DNA of 41,876 bases from Minisyncoccota bacterium (GCA_938023415.1 CALHEE010000007.1:1-41876); one strand, 5' to 3'. Positions 9,004-17,322 are shown, numbered from the stretch's first letter. A program made the numbers and translations. Notes: generated by a model not told the origin, from the letters alone.

Positions 9004-10874
9004 AGATTTGTCTTTCCAGAATTATCCTCAGGTAAAGGTTGTTCTTCATTATTGACTGAAGCATTTTCAATGATTAGTGATTCTTCACTCTTCTCTGGTC
9101 CTTGGTTAATTACCTGCTCTTCTTCATTTAACACCTCCTCGTTTGCCTTTGTTTCCTCTGGTAAGATCTCCTCAAAAATTTCTTCTTCTGTTGACCAATC
9201 TTCTTCTAAAACTGGTTCCCAGCCAGCTACCGCTACTCCAAAAGTGCCAAAAATTAAGGTTTCCACACCATCTTCTGAGGGATTGGTTCCGGGATTTGGG
9301 GTGGCATTAATGATCCAATCTGTAGCTAAATCAGTATCGTAACCTTTAATAATCCTGGCTAAAGATTTGCCTTTACCTGAAAGTGGTAATTCAAAATAGG
9401 TGGTATCATTGCCATAACTCATCGCATCAACAACTGTATCAGAAGCATCTTTAAGAATTACTCTATCTCCACTATTTGCTAAACCATTGCCAATGGCAGA
9501 GTTCAAAACAATTTTTATTGCAGCTGATGGAATTGACCATTTATCCCAGGTTGAAGCTTTATAAGTGATCACGGCAAAACCTTTTGCTGGAATTGATGGA
9601 GAAGGCGGAATTGTATCGCAAGCATTGGCATCGCAAATTTTCCACCCAGAAATGTCAACTGGAGAATCAGTAGGATTGTAAATTTCTACCCATTCGTTGT
9701 CTGGCTCTTTTCCTTTGCCAGTACCAACATGATAATAAACTTCGTTAATCACTGGATGATTAGTTGTTGCTTCGGGCGCTGAAAATTGAATTTCCAAAAT
9801 CGGCCTTAATTCAATGTTATTGCTTTCTCTTGAATGGAATTTTGCCTCATAGGCAGTTGAAGAATTCTCTTGGCTATCTTTTAACATCCAGCCATAATTT
9901 GAGTAAACTCCGTCAACAAACCCTTGAACATCACTTGTCACATTCCAAGAAAGCCAAACATTTTTAGTTGTTCCGCTGGGTATTGAATCTGTTGGGTTTG
10001 AAGCAACGCCAGGTTGATTGTTCCAATTAATTCCGTTTTCAGTCCAAAAATTAGCAACTCTCCAGACTTCATAATTTCTTGAAATTGTTGGTGCTGATTT
10101 CAGATATAATTTCAAACTAGAAGACAAAATCGTTGTTCCTGCTGGGAAATTAAAGTCAAATTTAATAAATGTTCTTTTGTTTTTATTATTTTCGCTTCTT
10201 ATTTGCAATTCACTAAATCCTCCGTAATTTTTATTAGCATCGTTTTGATTCACATAACTGTCAGCAATTGGCGAATAACCAGAAGTTATTGAGCCACCAT
10301 TTTCAATTGTATTTTCTATTTCCTCTTCATCATAAAAACCTTGACCAAAAGACAATCCATCTTGCCATCCTCTAAATATAAATTTAAATTGACAAACTGC
10401 TCCTTCTTCTGGTGGGGTATAACTATTTGATAAGGTCAAAGTAAAAAGCAAATCGTCTTGATTGTTAGAAATTAAAACCGGAGAAGAAAAATTAAGGCCA
10501 GAAAGAGTGCCATTGTAAAGAATAGTTGAGTCTAATTCAACTTTCAAACTTAAAGCATTACAAAAATTTATATTGCTGTTTTCTTCATCTATTGTTGTAC
10601 TGGCATTGTAAATAAAATCCAAACTTCCTTCTTTAATAACGCTGATAGTACTTGTCACTGAATTGCCAGGTTGTAAATCAACTGCTTTTTCTGGAGGTTG
10701 CCAGCCGTTACTGGTTAAAGAAAAGTCTAAGGTGCCGGCAGAAAAAGAATTTTCCAAAGAAGTTTCGGTATCTGAAAAGAAAGCAAAGGTTTCCCCAATA
10801 GCCAAAATTCCCGTCCAGTTTAAACTGATTAAAATGAGGATTATTAAGATTTTAAATAAAGAGTTATGTTTCAT
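9000..10874 (-). CDS. SipW-class exported protein: TasA-like domain, DNRLRE-like domain, lamin-tail domain, acidic tail
   Basis: TFA|FFSDTETSLENSFSAGTLD; ADSYV..NYG..RTFIKFD..FHSRE..RPILEI; VINEVYY..EWVEIYN..VDISGW..TPNPG. Confidence 0.85.
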   Translation of the reverse strand: MKHNSLFKILIILILISLNWTGILAIGETFAFFSDTETSLENSFSAGTLDFSLTSNGWQPPEKAVDLQPGNSVTSTISVIKEGSLDFIYNASTTIDEENSNINFCNALSLKVELDSTILYNGTLSGLNFSSPVLISNNQDDLLFTLTLSNSYTPPEEGAVCQFKFIFRGWQDGLSFGQGFYDEEEIENTIENGGSITSGYSPIADSYVNQNDANKNYGGFSELQIRSENNKNKRTFIKFDFNFPAGTTILSSSLKLYLKSAPTISRNYEVWRVANFWTENGINWNNQPGVASNPTDSIPSGTTKNVWLSWNVTSDVQGFVDGVYSNYGWMLKDSQENSSTAYEAKFHSRESNNIELRPILEIQFSAPEATTNHPVINEVYYHVGTGKGKEPDNEWVEIYNPTDSPVDISGWKICDANACDTIPPSPSIPAKGFAVITYKASTWDKWSIPSAAIKIVLNSAIGNGLANSGDRVILKDASDTVVDAMSYGNDTTYFELPLSGKGKSLARIIKGYDTDLATDWIINATPNPGTNPSEDGVETLIFGTFGVAVAGWEPVLEEDWSTEEEIFEEILPEETKANEEVLNEEEQVINQGPEKSEESLIIENASVNNEEQPLPEDNSGKTNL

Positions 10875-11415
10875 GAATTGGTTTATTTAAACCTGATTCT
10901 TTTTTATCGTTCTTTTTAATTTCGTTTACAATGTTTTTAATTTCCTCAAAAATAATCAAAATTGCAGGTAAAATGATGATCAAGAAAAATCCCAAAGGTT
11001 TTTTGGCAAAAGCCACCGCATAACCTAAAAATGGCACGCTAAACAAAACCTTTCCCAAAATCTCTCTCTTTGTAATTTCTCTGGTATCTGGTGCATTATT
11101 GGCATCACCCTTGGTAATATAAACTGGCTGGCCATTGACCACTTTAATATCGTAAATTCTATGGGTGGTGGGCGCCTTTTTTCTACTATAAGGTCCAAAG
11201 GTTATAACATCGCCGATTTTATAATCATTAGCTGGCTTGACCACCACAATGGAACCCATTTTTATTGCCGGCGCCATTGAACCTGATTGAACAACAAATA
11301 ATTTGTAATTTCCAGTAATCGGAAAGGCCGAAAAAATTAATAACAAAGCGACCAAAACAATGAATGCCAAAAAAATATAATAAATTGTCCCAAATATTCT
11401 TCCTAAGCTTGCCAT
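10864..11415 (-). CDS. sipW: SipW-type (S26B, ER/archaeal-like) signal peptidase I
   Basis: VVQSGSMAP, GDVITF, TTHRI (Ser/His catalytic pair), TKGDANNAPD, VPFLGY; start moved to ATG 11415 (MASLGRIF). Confidence 0.92.
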   Translation of the reverse strand: MASLGRIFGTIYYIFLAFIVLVALLLIFSAFPITGNYKLFVVQSGSMAPAIKMGSIVVVKPANDYKIGDVITFGPYSRKKAPTTHRIYDIKVVNGQPVYITKGDANNAPDTREITKREILGKVLFSVPFLGYAVAFAKKPLGFFLIIILPAILIIFEEIKNIVNEIKKNDKKESGLNKPIHET

Positions 11416-11436
11416 ACTTGTTTGAAAAAAATTATA

Positions 11437-11691
11437 ATGAAATTGATCCTTGAGGATAAAGATATTCAAAAATTAATTGAGGTATTTCTAACTCGCAAGG
11501 ATTTCATTGAAGCAATTTCTAATTTGGTTAATAAGGAAGATATCAATAAACTTCATCCTGCCATCGATGCCTATGCCAAGAAGGTTGATACTTATGCTTA
11601 GGAAATGATAATGTTGGCTCACAAAGTTGATCGCAATGAAAAATGGATCCATCAAATTGCTGAAAAACTGGGAATAAAATTGGAATATTAA
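11437..11691 (+). pseudogene. Small coiled-coil hypothetical gene with an internal TAG at 11599-11601
   Basis: MKLILEDKDIQKLIEVFLTRKDF..IDAYAKKVDTYA*EMIMLAHKVDRNEKWIHQIAEKLGIKLEY; TTGCCA-N18-TATAAT at 11409-11438; hairpin plus T7 at 11728-11751. Confidence 0.7.
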
Positions 11692-11754
11692 CCTCAACAA
11701 TTTTCGATTTTCAATTTCTGACATTCTCAGCTTTCAAAGAGCTGTTTTTTTATT

Positions 11755-11826
11755 TCTTAAACCCTTTAGAGGTTGCCCCAGCTTTCGCCACAAGGAAGCC
11801 TTGAGGCAACCAAAAAGGATTTAAGA
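11755..11826 (-). terminator. Long imperfect stem-loop just 3' of the second tasA-like gene (terminator or stabiliser)
   Basis: tcttaaa/tttaaga, ccttt/aaagg and ggttgcc/ggcaacc pairings; C/A mismatches become G-U on minus strand. Confidence 0.6.
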
Positions 11827-11833
11827 TGAATAT

Positions 11834-12646
11834 TTATGGCGTTACCTGTTCTAATCGGAAAGTGAGATCAAACTGGACACTATCAGATTGAATAACATTA
11901 TCGTTAATATCCCACCATTTCGTACCATCCCAAGCTTGAAGATTGCTTTCTAATTTTGCTTTAAAGAAAAAAGCAATTTCTGCACCTGGAGCAAGTGTTC
12001 CGTAGGTGAAAGTTTTATTCTCCCAACTTTTGAGACCGAAATAACCATAGTTAGTCTTCGGTCCTACTGCCCACTGACTTATAACAATTGATGGGACGCT
12101 CCAATTTTTAGGACCCCAGCCACAACTGCCTCCGGTATTAACTTCTTTACTTACTTGTGCAATAAACCATCCTTCTTCATCGTTCCGCTCTATAATTGTA
12201 GTGTAAGGCTTGGCTTCTTCCCAAATATCATCAGGATGAATCCCGGGCTTTATAAACTCGCTCAGTTCGCCATTAGTGGGATGTCCGAGGGTAGGTCTCG
12301 CCCCAAGCTTACCATAAGGCTCAGCTTCTGCTATGCTCTCGGGCGTATTTATACCATTTTCTTGATCATTCATTGTACCAAAAGTTACCGATAATATACC
12401 GGGCAAACTTCCAACATTTTTCAAGACCCATTTATAATATCCAGAATCGTCGCCTGGCTTCATATTAGAAAGAGTAACATGGACCACATTGGGATCGTCG
12501 TTGTCATCAACTTTCAAATCCAAAGTTCCGGTAATAAATGTGTTTCCAGATGAAGTTTCGGTGTCAGAAAAATAAGCAATCGTTCCGCCAATAACAATTG
12601 CTGAAACTATTCCAATTATTCCAAGGCTGAAAATTATTTTTTTCAT
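11834..12646 (-). CDS. TasA/camelysin-like fibre subunit with SipW-class signal (long form)
   Basis: GGTIA|YFSDTETSSGNTFITGTLDLKV; NMKPGD; LKNVGSL; NVIQSDSVQFDLTF. Confidence 0.9.
   Translation of the reverse strand: MKKIIFSLGIIGIVSAIVIGGTIAYFSDTETSSGNTFITGTLDLKVDDNDDPNVVHVTLSNMKPGDDSGYYKWVLKNVGSLPGILSVTFGTMNDQENGINTPESIAEAEPYGKLGARPTLGHPTNGELSEFIKPGIHPDDIWEEAKPYTTIIERNDEEGWFIAQVSKEVNTGGSCGWGPKNWSVPSIVISQWAVGPKTNYGYFGLKSWENKTFTYGTLAPGAEIAFFFKAKLESNLQAWDGTKWWDINDNVIQSDSVQFDLTFRLEQVTP
12510..12598. repeat. 89-bp direct repeat, copy 1 (signal end plus N-terminal strand)
   Basis: 82/89 identical to 13144-13232 by manual alignment. Confidence 0.9.
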
Positions 12647-12710
12647 AGATCTTTTAAATTATTTTTTTAACCGCAACTCTTTTAACTTTTGAAGTTAAAA
12701 AGATCTACCC

Positions 12711-13283
12711 TTAAGATTGAACCAGATTGAAGGTAATATCAAAACTGGCACTATCTGACTGAATAATATTGCCAACTGTATTGGCTATTGACCACTCAAG
12801 AGTAACATCAACTGTTTCGCTTGGACCAAGATTAGCAACATCAGAATAAGTTTTTGGTAGAAGATTGAGCGTTGTTGTTGCTATTGGATTTCCAGCTACT
12901 TTGAGTATTACATCAATATATTGGCCGAGTTCACCTCCACCAGTTGGTCCACAACTATTATCTCCGGCAGTCGTCTCTGGTTCAGTGCATCCATTGTCGT
13001 CATTAGTAATACCGCTTACTACCAAAGAAAGCTTTCCTGCAACAGTACCAACATTTTTGGCAGTCCAGGTGTAGCTACCGCTATCACCAGGCTTTGCGTT
13101 TGTAATAGTTATTTTGTCTACAGTACTACCTTCTTTATCATTTACTTTTAAATCCAAAGTTCCAGCTGAAAATGTGTTTCCAGATGAAGTTTCTGTGTCA
13201 GAAAAATAAGCAATCGTTCCGCCAATAACAATGGCAGCTATTGCCCCAATGACACTCAAACTAATTAGAATTTTTGTTTTCAT
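12711..13283 (-). CDS. TasA/camelysin-like fibre subunit with SipW-class signal (short form, probable major subunit)
   Basis: GGTIA|YFSDTETSSGNTFSAGTLDLKV; NAKPGD; KNVGTV; NGCTEPE..SCG..GELG; NIIQSDSASFDITF. Confidence 0.92.
   Translation of the reverse strand: MKTKILISLSVIGAIAAIVIGGTIAYFSDTETSSGNTFSAGTLDLKVNDKEGSTVDKITITNAKPGDSGSYTWTAKNVGTVAGKLSLVVSGITNDDNGCTEPETTAGDNSCGPTGGGELGQYIDVILKVAGNPIATTTLNLLPKTYSDVANLGPSETVDVTLEWSIANTVGNIIQSDSASFDITFNLVQS
13144..13232. repeat. 89-bp direct repeat, copy 2
   Basis: 82/89 identical to 12510-12598. Confidence 0.9.
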
Positions 13284-13522
13284 TTTTTTAATTTTTTAAT
13301 TTTGATTTGCCATTTTTATTTTGTTGGCTAAAACCTCCCAAAATGGCAATTTAGCCAACCCGACCTTTATAAATTTAAAAAATAAAACTTCTCCTTCAAG
13401 AGAAGTTGAAACGCGGGATATTTGTTTATCAAAAAATGAAAATTATTCACACCTTCCCGCTTAGTCCTCCTCTAAGCAGATTATTTAATTTTATACGGCC
13501 AAAAAATTTTGTCAAGTGTCAA
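13284..13522 (-). promoter_or_regulatory. Promoter and ~200-nt structured 5' leader of the tasA-like genes
   Basis: Tandem TTGACA (13517-22, 13510-15), TAAAAT 16 nt after the second; hairpin 13387-13407; AAGGTCG 13361-67; interleaved 10-bp stems 13307-13359. Confidence 0.65.
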
Positions 13523-13530
13523 TTTTTAAC

Positions 13531-13655
13531 GAGAGGCTTTCTTTGGGCACCCATACCCACCAATGATGGGAACTGACAGCAAGAAAATTTTGCCACCAGT
13601 AGTTAGGGAGGATTGTACTAACTATGGGTGCCCAAAGAAAATTTCTCTGCATTGA
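13531..13655 (-). ncRNA. Candidate four-way-junction small RNA, family unassigned
   Basis: 18-bp perfect closing stem (13538-55/13623-40) around three hairpins; upstream TTGACA-N17-TATCTT (13690-13662); G-U pairs favour minus strand. Confidence 0.6.
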
Positions 13656-13760
13656 TCCTAAAAGATAACACAAATTTAAAAATCTGTCAAGGAATACCTG
13701 ACAGAAATGTTCATTAGCTGGTGAAGAAGGTTTAAAATAAATTTAATGTCCTATCTTGTC

Positions 13761-14516
13761 CTATCTATTGAGTGTCCTAAGAAGTTCCTTAGCATCTTTT
13801 ACTGCATATCCGTAGGCATCATTATTGAAATAGCAATAAATATCTAAATTTTGTCTTTGCCATTTTTTGATTTTTTGAGCCAATTCCTTTAATTCTTTTT
13901 TTGTATATTTTGAGGCGAATAAAACTTTTGAGCCGTGCATCCTAATATAGACAAAATCAGCGCTCACTACCTCTCTCTTTGGCCAATGAGGAGAATCAAC
14001 AATAACCCAGGCGCAATTTTTCTCTTTTAAAATCTGATAAATTTCTTTGTCGCACCAAGTTTCGTTCCGAAATTCGAAAGCAAACTTTAATTGCCAATTC
14101 CGAGAAATTTGACTACTAATTTTACTGATCATTTCAATAAATTCTTTTAATCTTTTTGTGTCTTTTTTCCAGCCAGGAGGTAATTGAAATAAAAAGGGGC
14201 CCAATTTTTCTTTTAAATTTAGGGCCCTTTTGAAAAATATCGTCCAAAGCTCTTGGCAATCAGCTAATTTTTTAATGTGGGTAATAAACCTTGAAACCTT
14301 AACTGAGAAGATAAAATTTTTTGGTGTTCTTTTGTACCATCCTTCAAAGGCCTTTTCCCCTGGTAATCTGTAAAAAGTGTTATTGAGTTCAACTGTCTGA
14401 AAATGTTGGCAATAGTATTCAAGCTTTTTTGATTTTGGCCAGCCAACTGGGTAAAAAACGCCATTTTCCCAATGGGAATAAACATAACCTGATGTTCCAA
14501 TAAAAATTTTTGCCAT
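13761..14516 (-). CDS. DUF72/YecE family protein
   Basis: IGTSGY, VELNNTFY, FSVKVSRFITH, LFQLPP, EFR, YIRMHG, YFNND; start moved to MAKIFIG. Confidence 0.9.
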   Translation of the reverse strand: MAKIFIGTSGYVYSHWENGVFYPVGWPKSKKLEYYCQHFQTVELNNTFYRLPGEKAFEGWYKRTPKNFIFSVKVSRFITHIKKLADCQELWTIFFKRALNLKEKLGPFLFQLPPGWKKDTKRLKEFIEMISKISSQISRNWQLKFAFEFRNETWCDKEIYQILKEKNCAWVIVDSPHWPKREVVSADFVYIRMHGSKVLFASKYTKKELKELAQKIKKWQRQNLDIYCYFNNDAYGYAVKDAKELLRTLNR

Positions 14517-14568
14517 AAGCTTCACTTTCTCTTGAGCTTTTTGAGGGAAAGCATACATTGAAAGAAGC

Positions 14569-15297
14569 TCAGTCGCTTTTTAGCTTAACTATTCTTTTAA
14601 ATTCCAAACCATTTTCAAGCATGAAGATATTGTTGAAAAGGACATAATTTATTTTCTTATCACAAAATTTTTTAAGCTGAAATAAATCCTCTTTTGTGTA
14701 GCGGTAATTTAAATTGTAAGAATTTTTACCATGGAGCCTAAAATAATTTATTTTTCCAAAGGCTGGCTTTTGCTTGAAAGGATCGACGCAATGGACTAAA
14801 TTCAATTCTTTACAAAGGCTTTCAATCAAACTTTCTTCCCATTCTCCTCTTGGCTCCCAAACAAAAATGAACTTTTCTTTCTTTATTTTCTGGAAAAAAT
14901 TTTTGAAATTTTCAATGTTTTTCTTTTCTGGTTTAAAAGAGGCCGGAGATTGAAAAACAATAATTTTGGCATTTAAGGCTTTAGCTACTTTTTTTGTCAT
15001 TTCCCAAGCTTCAAAAACCTCTTTTGTATTTTTGAAAGATCCATAATTTTTTGGATTGCCGAATTTTTCCTTTAATCTCTTGTAGGTAGAGCTTGAAATC
15101 TCATGAGTAATTACTTGGAAAGCTTTTAAGGTAAACTCAAAATCTTTTGGGGCCTCACTTTTCCATTTTTTTACCGTTTCAATTTTTTTGGGAAGTTGAT
15201 AAAATGTTGATTGAAGTTCAACTATTTTGAACTGTTGGAAGTATTCTTCTTTTTTTATTGGAAAACCGCAACAGCCGACTTTAATTGTCTCAACCAT
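14569..15297 (-). CDS. DUF72 family protein, second divergent (archaeal-like) copy
   Basis: VGCCGF, VELQSTFY, KAFQVITH, FQSPASF, WEPRG, VDPF, YFRLHG, LFNN. Confidence 0.88.
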   Translation of the reverse strand: MVETIKVGCCGFPIKKEEYFQQFKIVELQSTFYQLPKKIETVKKWKSEAPKDFEFTLKAFQVITHEISSSTYKRLKEKFGNPKNYGSFKNTKEVFEAWEMTKKVAKALNAKIIVFQSPASFKPEKKNIENFKNFFQKIKKEKFIFVWEPRGEWEESLIESLCKELNLVHCVDPFKQKPAFGKINYFRLHGKNSYNLNYRYTKEDLFQLKKFCDKKINYVLFNNIFMLENGLEFKRIVKLKSD

Positions 15298-16549
15298 AAA
15301 ATTTCTTTTTCATTTCTTCCATCAACTGAAGAGCAAGAGGATGATCACAAGTTTCAAAGGCATACTCCCAAAGGGGAGCTGCTGAGATTTGCCCCTCTTT
15401 TTCATAAATTAATCCTTGAAGTAAAACAGAAAGAGTGTTCAATTGAGAAAGAAACTTTGCCTCTTTTGAAATTCTTTTTCTGTAATCTTCCCAAAGTTCC
15501 AAAATTTCTTTTCTTTGGGGAATTTTTCTCGTTAACTTCTCTATGGCTTTCTTTTCTTTTTTGAAATCTTTCAAAAATATCCATTCTTTTTCTTTTTTTG
15601 AAAGCCGAAGCATTTTTTCTAAAACTTTTTTTCTTCCCTTTTCGTCCTTTGGTAAAATTCGATCATAGGGAGTGGTATCTCCAGTGTAAACAGCTGATAA
15701 TTCATGGCAAAGAGCCATTTTTAAAAGTTTTTCTACATTAAACTCTTTTCTCTCTTGGCCAAAAAGCCAAGCTACAATAGCGACAGTAAAAATATGGCCA
15801 GCAACGGTCTCTGGATTTTTGATTCCTCTCAAAATCCAATAAAGTCTTGGCATTCTCTTTAATTTTCCTATTTCCAAAAGAAAATTTAAAATATCGGTTA
15901 ACTCTTTTCTTTTTAGAGAAAAAGGAAGTTGATAAAATTTTTTCTGAATAGCTTTTAAAAATTCCAACAAAATGGGGTCAGAGACTATTTCGTTTGTCCA
16001 CTCCCACCAATTTGTGTGTTCAGTTATATTTTTTGTCCCGAAATATTCAATGGATTGAATAAGGGTTTCTATACGATTCAATTGCTGAACGAATCTTCCT
16101 TCTAAAGAACTGTTTTTCTCATATCCTATCCAGAGAGAAATAATTTCATTTTTTAGACTCGGATCTAAAAATTTCACTAACTTGAAAAGAGCTTTTTTTT
16201 CTTTTTGATATTTCTTTTTTCCAATTTTTTCTTTCTCTTCTCGAGAAAGCCTCGCCCATTTCATTAAGACTTTTTTTCTCTTTTCTTTGTCTTTGGGCAA
16301 GGAAGGATAATAAAGAATGGGAGTTAAATCTCCAGCATAAACTTCACAGAGATCATGAAAAAGGGCGACTTTCATCGCCCTTCCAATATTCAACTTTCTC
16401 TTTCCAGCTAATAACCAAGTAATAAACATTAATCTAAAAGTGTGCTCGGCAATTGTTTCTGGGTTTTCAACCTCACGCCAAACCCATCCTGTTCTCGGTA
16501 TCTCTTTTAACTGATTGATTTTTAAAAGAAACTCGATCTTTTCTTTCAC
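15290..16549 (-). CDS. Tandem HD-domain protein (HDDC2/YfbR-like x2)
   Basis: LKEIPRTGW..ETIAEH..HDLCEVYAGD and LKRMPRLYW..ETVAGH..HELSAVYTGD. Confidence 0.85.
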   Translation of the reverse strand: MKEKIEFLLKINQLKEIPRTGWVWREVENPETIAEHTFRLMFITWLLAGKRKLNIGRAMKVALFHDLCEVYAGDLTPILYYPSLPKDKEKRKKVLMKWARLSREEKEKIGKKKYQKEKKALFKLVKFLDPSLKNEIISLWIGYEKNSSLEGRFVQQLNRIETLIQSIEYFGTKNITEHTNWWEWTNEIVSDPILLEFLKAIQKKFYQLPFSLKRKELTDILNFLLEIGKLKRMPRLYWILRGIKNPETVAGHIFTVAIVAWLFGQERKEFNVEKLLKMALCHELSAVYTGDTTPYDRILPKDEKGRKKVLEKMLRLSKKEKEWIFLKDFKKEKKAIEKLTRKIPQRKEILELWEDYRKRISKEAKFLSQLNTLSVLLQGLIYEKEGQISAAPLWEYAFETCDHPLALQLMEEMKKKFYG

Positions 16550-16554
16550 ATTTT

Positions 16555-17034
16555 TTACGATAATTGATATTTAATTTTCTTAATCTTGTAAACCACCCTT
16601 ATGGGAGAGGTGATAACTACCTCCTCACCTACCTTACGGCCCAAAAGGGCCCTTCCTATTGGAGATTCAGAAGAAATTTTTCCTTCATTTGGATTTGCCT
16701 CAAGAGTTCCGACTATTGTAAATTCGTTAATTGTCCCATCTTTGTCCTCTAAAGTGACCGTAGCCCCTAAATTGACAATGTTTCGCTTTCCCTTTGGAGG
16801 GGTTTTAATTAATTGAGCATTTTTTAGAATTTGATCTAACTCAGCAAGACGAAATTCTAAAAAAGTGAGATCTTCCTGAAAGACTAGATATTCTGGGTTT
16901 AAATCTTCAGAATGTAAAATAGCCGGGGGCTCTTGTTTTGATTTTGCCTCTCTTAGCCTTTTTAAATCTTCATATTCCTTTCGCAATCTGCGGAGACCTT
17001 CTTTTGTGAGATAAAATTTTCTAGTGATAGGCAT
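16555..17034 (-). CDS. greA: GreA/GreB family transcription elongation factor
   Basis: YLTKEG, coiled coil, IVGTLEANPNEGKISSESPIGRALLG. Confidence 0.9.
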   Translation of the reverse strand: MPITRKFYLTKEGLRRLRKEYEDLKRLREAKSKQEPPAILHSEDLNPEYLVFQEDLTFLEFRLAELDQILKNAQLIKTPPKGKRNIVNLGATVTLEDKDGTINEFTIVGTLEANPNEGKISSESPIGRALLGRKVGEEVVITSPIRVVYKIKKIKYQLS

Positions 17035-17040
17035 TTTTTG

Positions 17041-17128
17041 AAAAAAGCCTCCTTTCTAAGGAGGCTTGGCAGTTTTTAGCACCTTTAGCTCTCTGGTTAC
17101 TCTCTTTGTCCTCCACCAAACCTCCTTA
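17041..17128 (-). promoter_or_regulatory. Terminator/antiterminator switch upstream of greA
   Basis: Terminator AAGCCTCCTT-AGA-AAGGAGGCTT-TTTT; alternative 16-bp helix 17113-28 with 17057-72. Confidence 0.7.
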
Positions 17129-17228
17129 AAAATTTTTTAGTATTCTTTTTTATCAGAATGAGGAAATTCTCTTCTAAATTTTTCAGGAGGAAAATTGGGT
17201 GGTAAATTTTTGTAATTTTTCTTTTCAT
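17097..17228 (-). CDS. Putative 43-aa leader peptide
   Basis: MKRKITKIYHPIFLLKNLEENFLILIKKNTKKFLRRFGGGQRE*; follows promoter and AAGGTCA motif. Confidence 0.45.
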   Translation of the reverse strand: MKRKITKIYHPIFLLKNLEENFLILIKKNTKKFLRRFGGGQRE

Positions 17229-17252
17229 TTTTTGACCTTTTTTAATACCTTC

Positions 17253-17280
17253 ATTATAGAGGACTAATCAACCCTGTCAA
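17253..17280 (-). promoter_or_regulatory. Consensus sigma70 promoter for leader-greA
   Basis: TTGACA-N16-TATAAT. Confidence 0.75.
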
Positions 17281-17322
17281 GGGGTGAAGAAAAATATGGT
17301 AAAATAAAAGAGAACTTAAGCT

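Noticed and set aside
11599-11601. Stop-codon reassignment
   Set aside because: TAG (13761, 25563, 34083) and TGA (14569, 20998, 37446) end other genes at expected positions
11488-11724. 78-aa minus-strand ORF as a fibre-operon member
   Set aside because: No recognisable features; the opposite strand has a better gene with promoter and terminator
12510-13232. DGR template/variable pair or CRISPR repeats
   Set aside because: Mismatches are not adenine-specific, no reverse transcriptase or cas genes are present, and there are only two copies, both coding
13538-13640. MITE/IS end or tRNA
   Set aside because: No target-site duplication, second copy or transposase in the window, and no tRNA loop consensus; a MITE is not fully excluded
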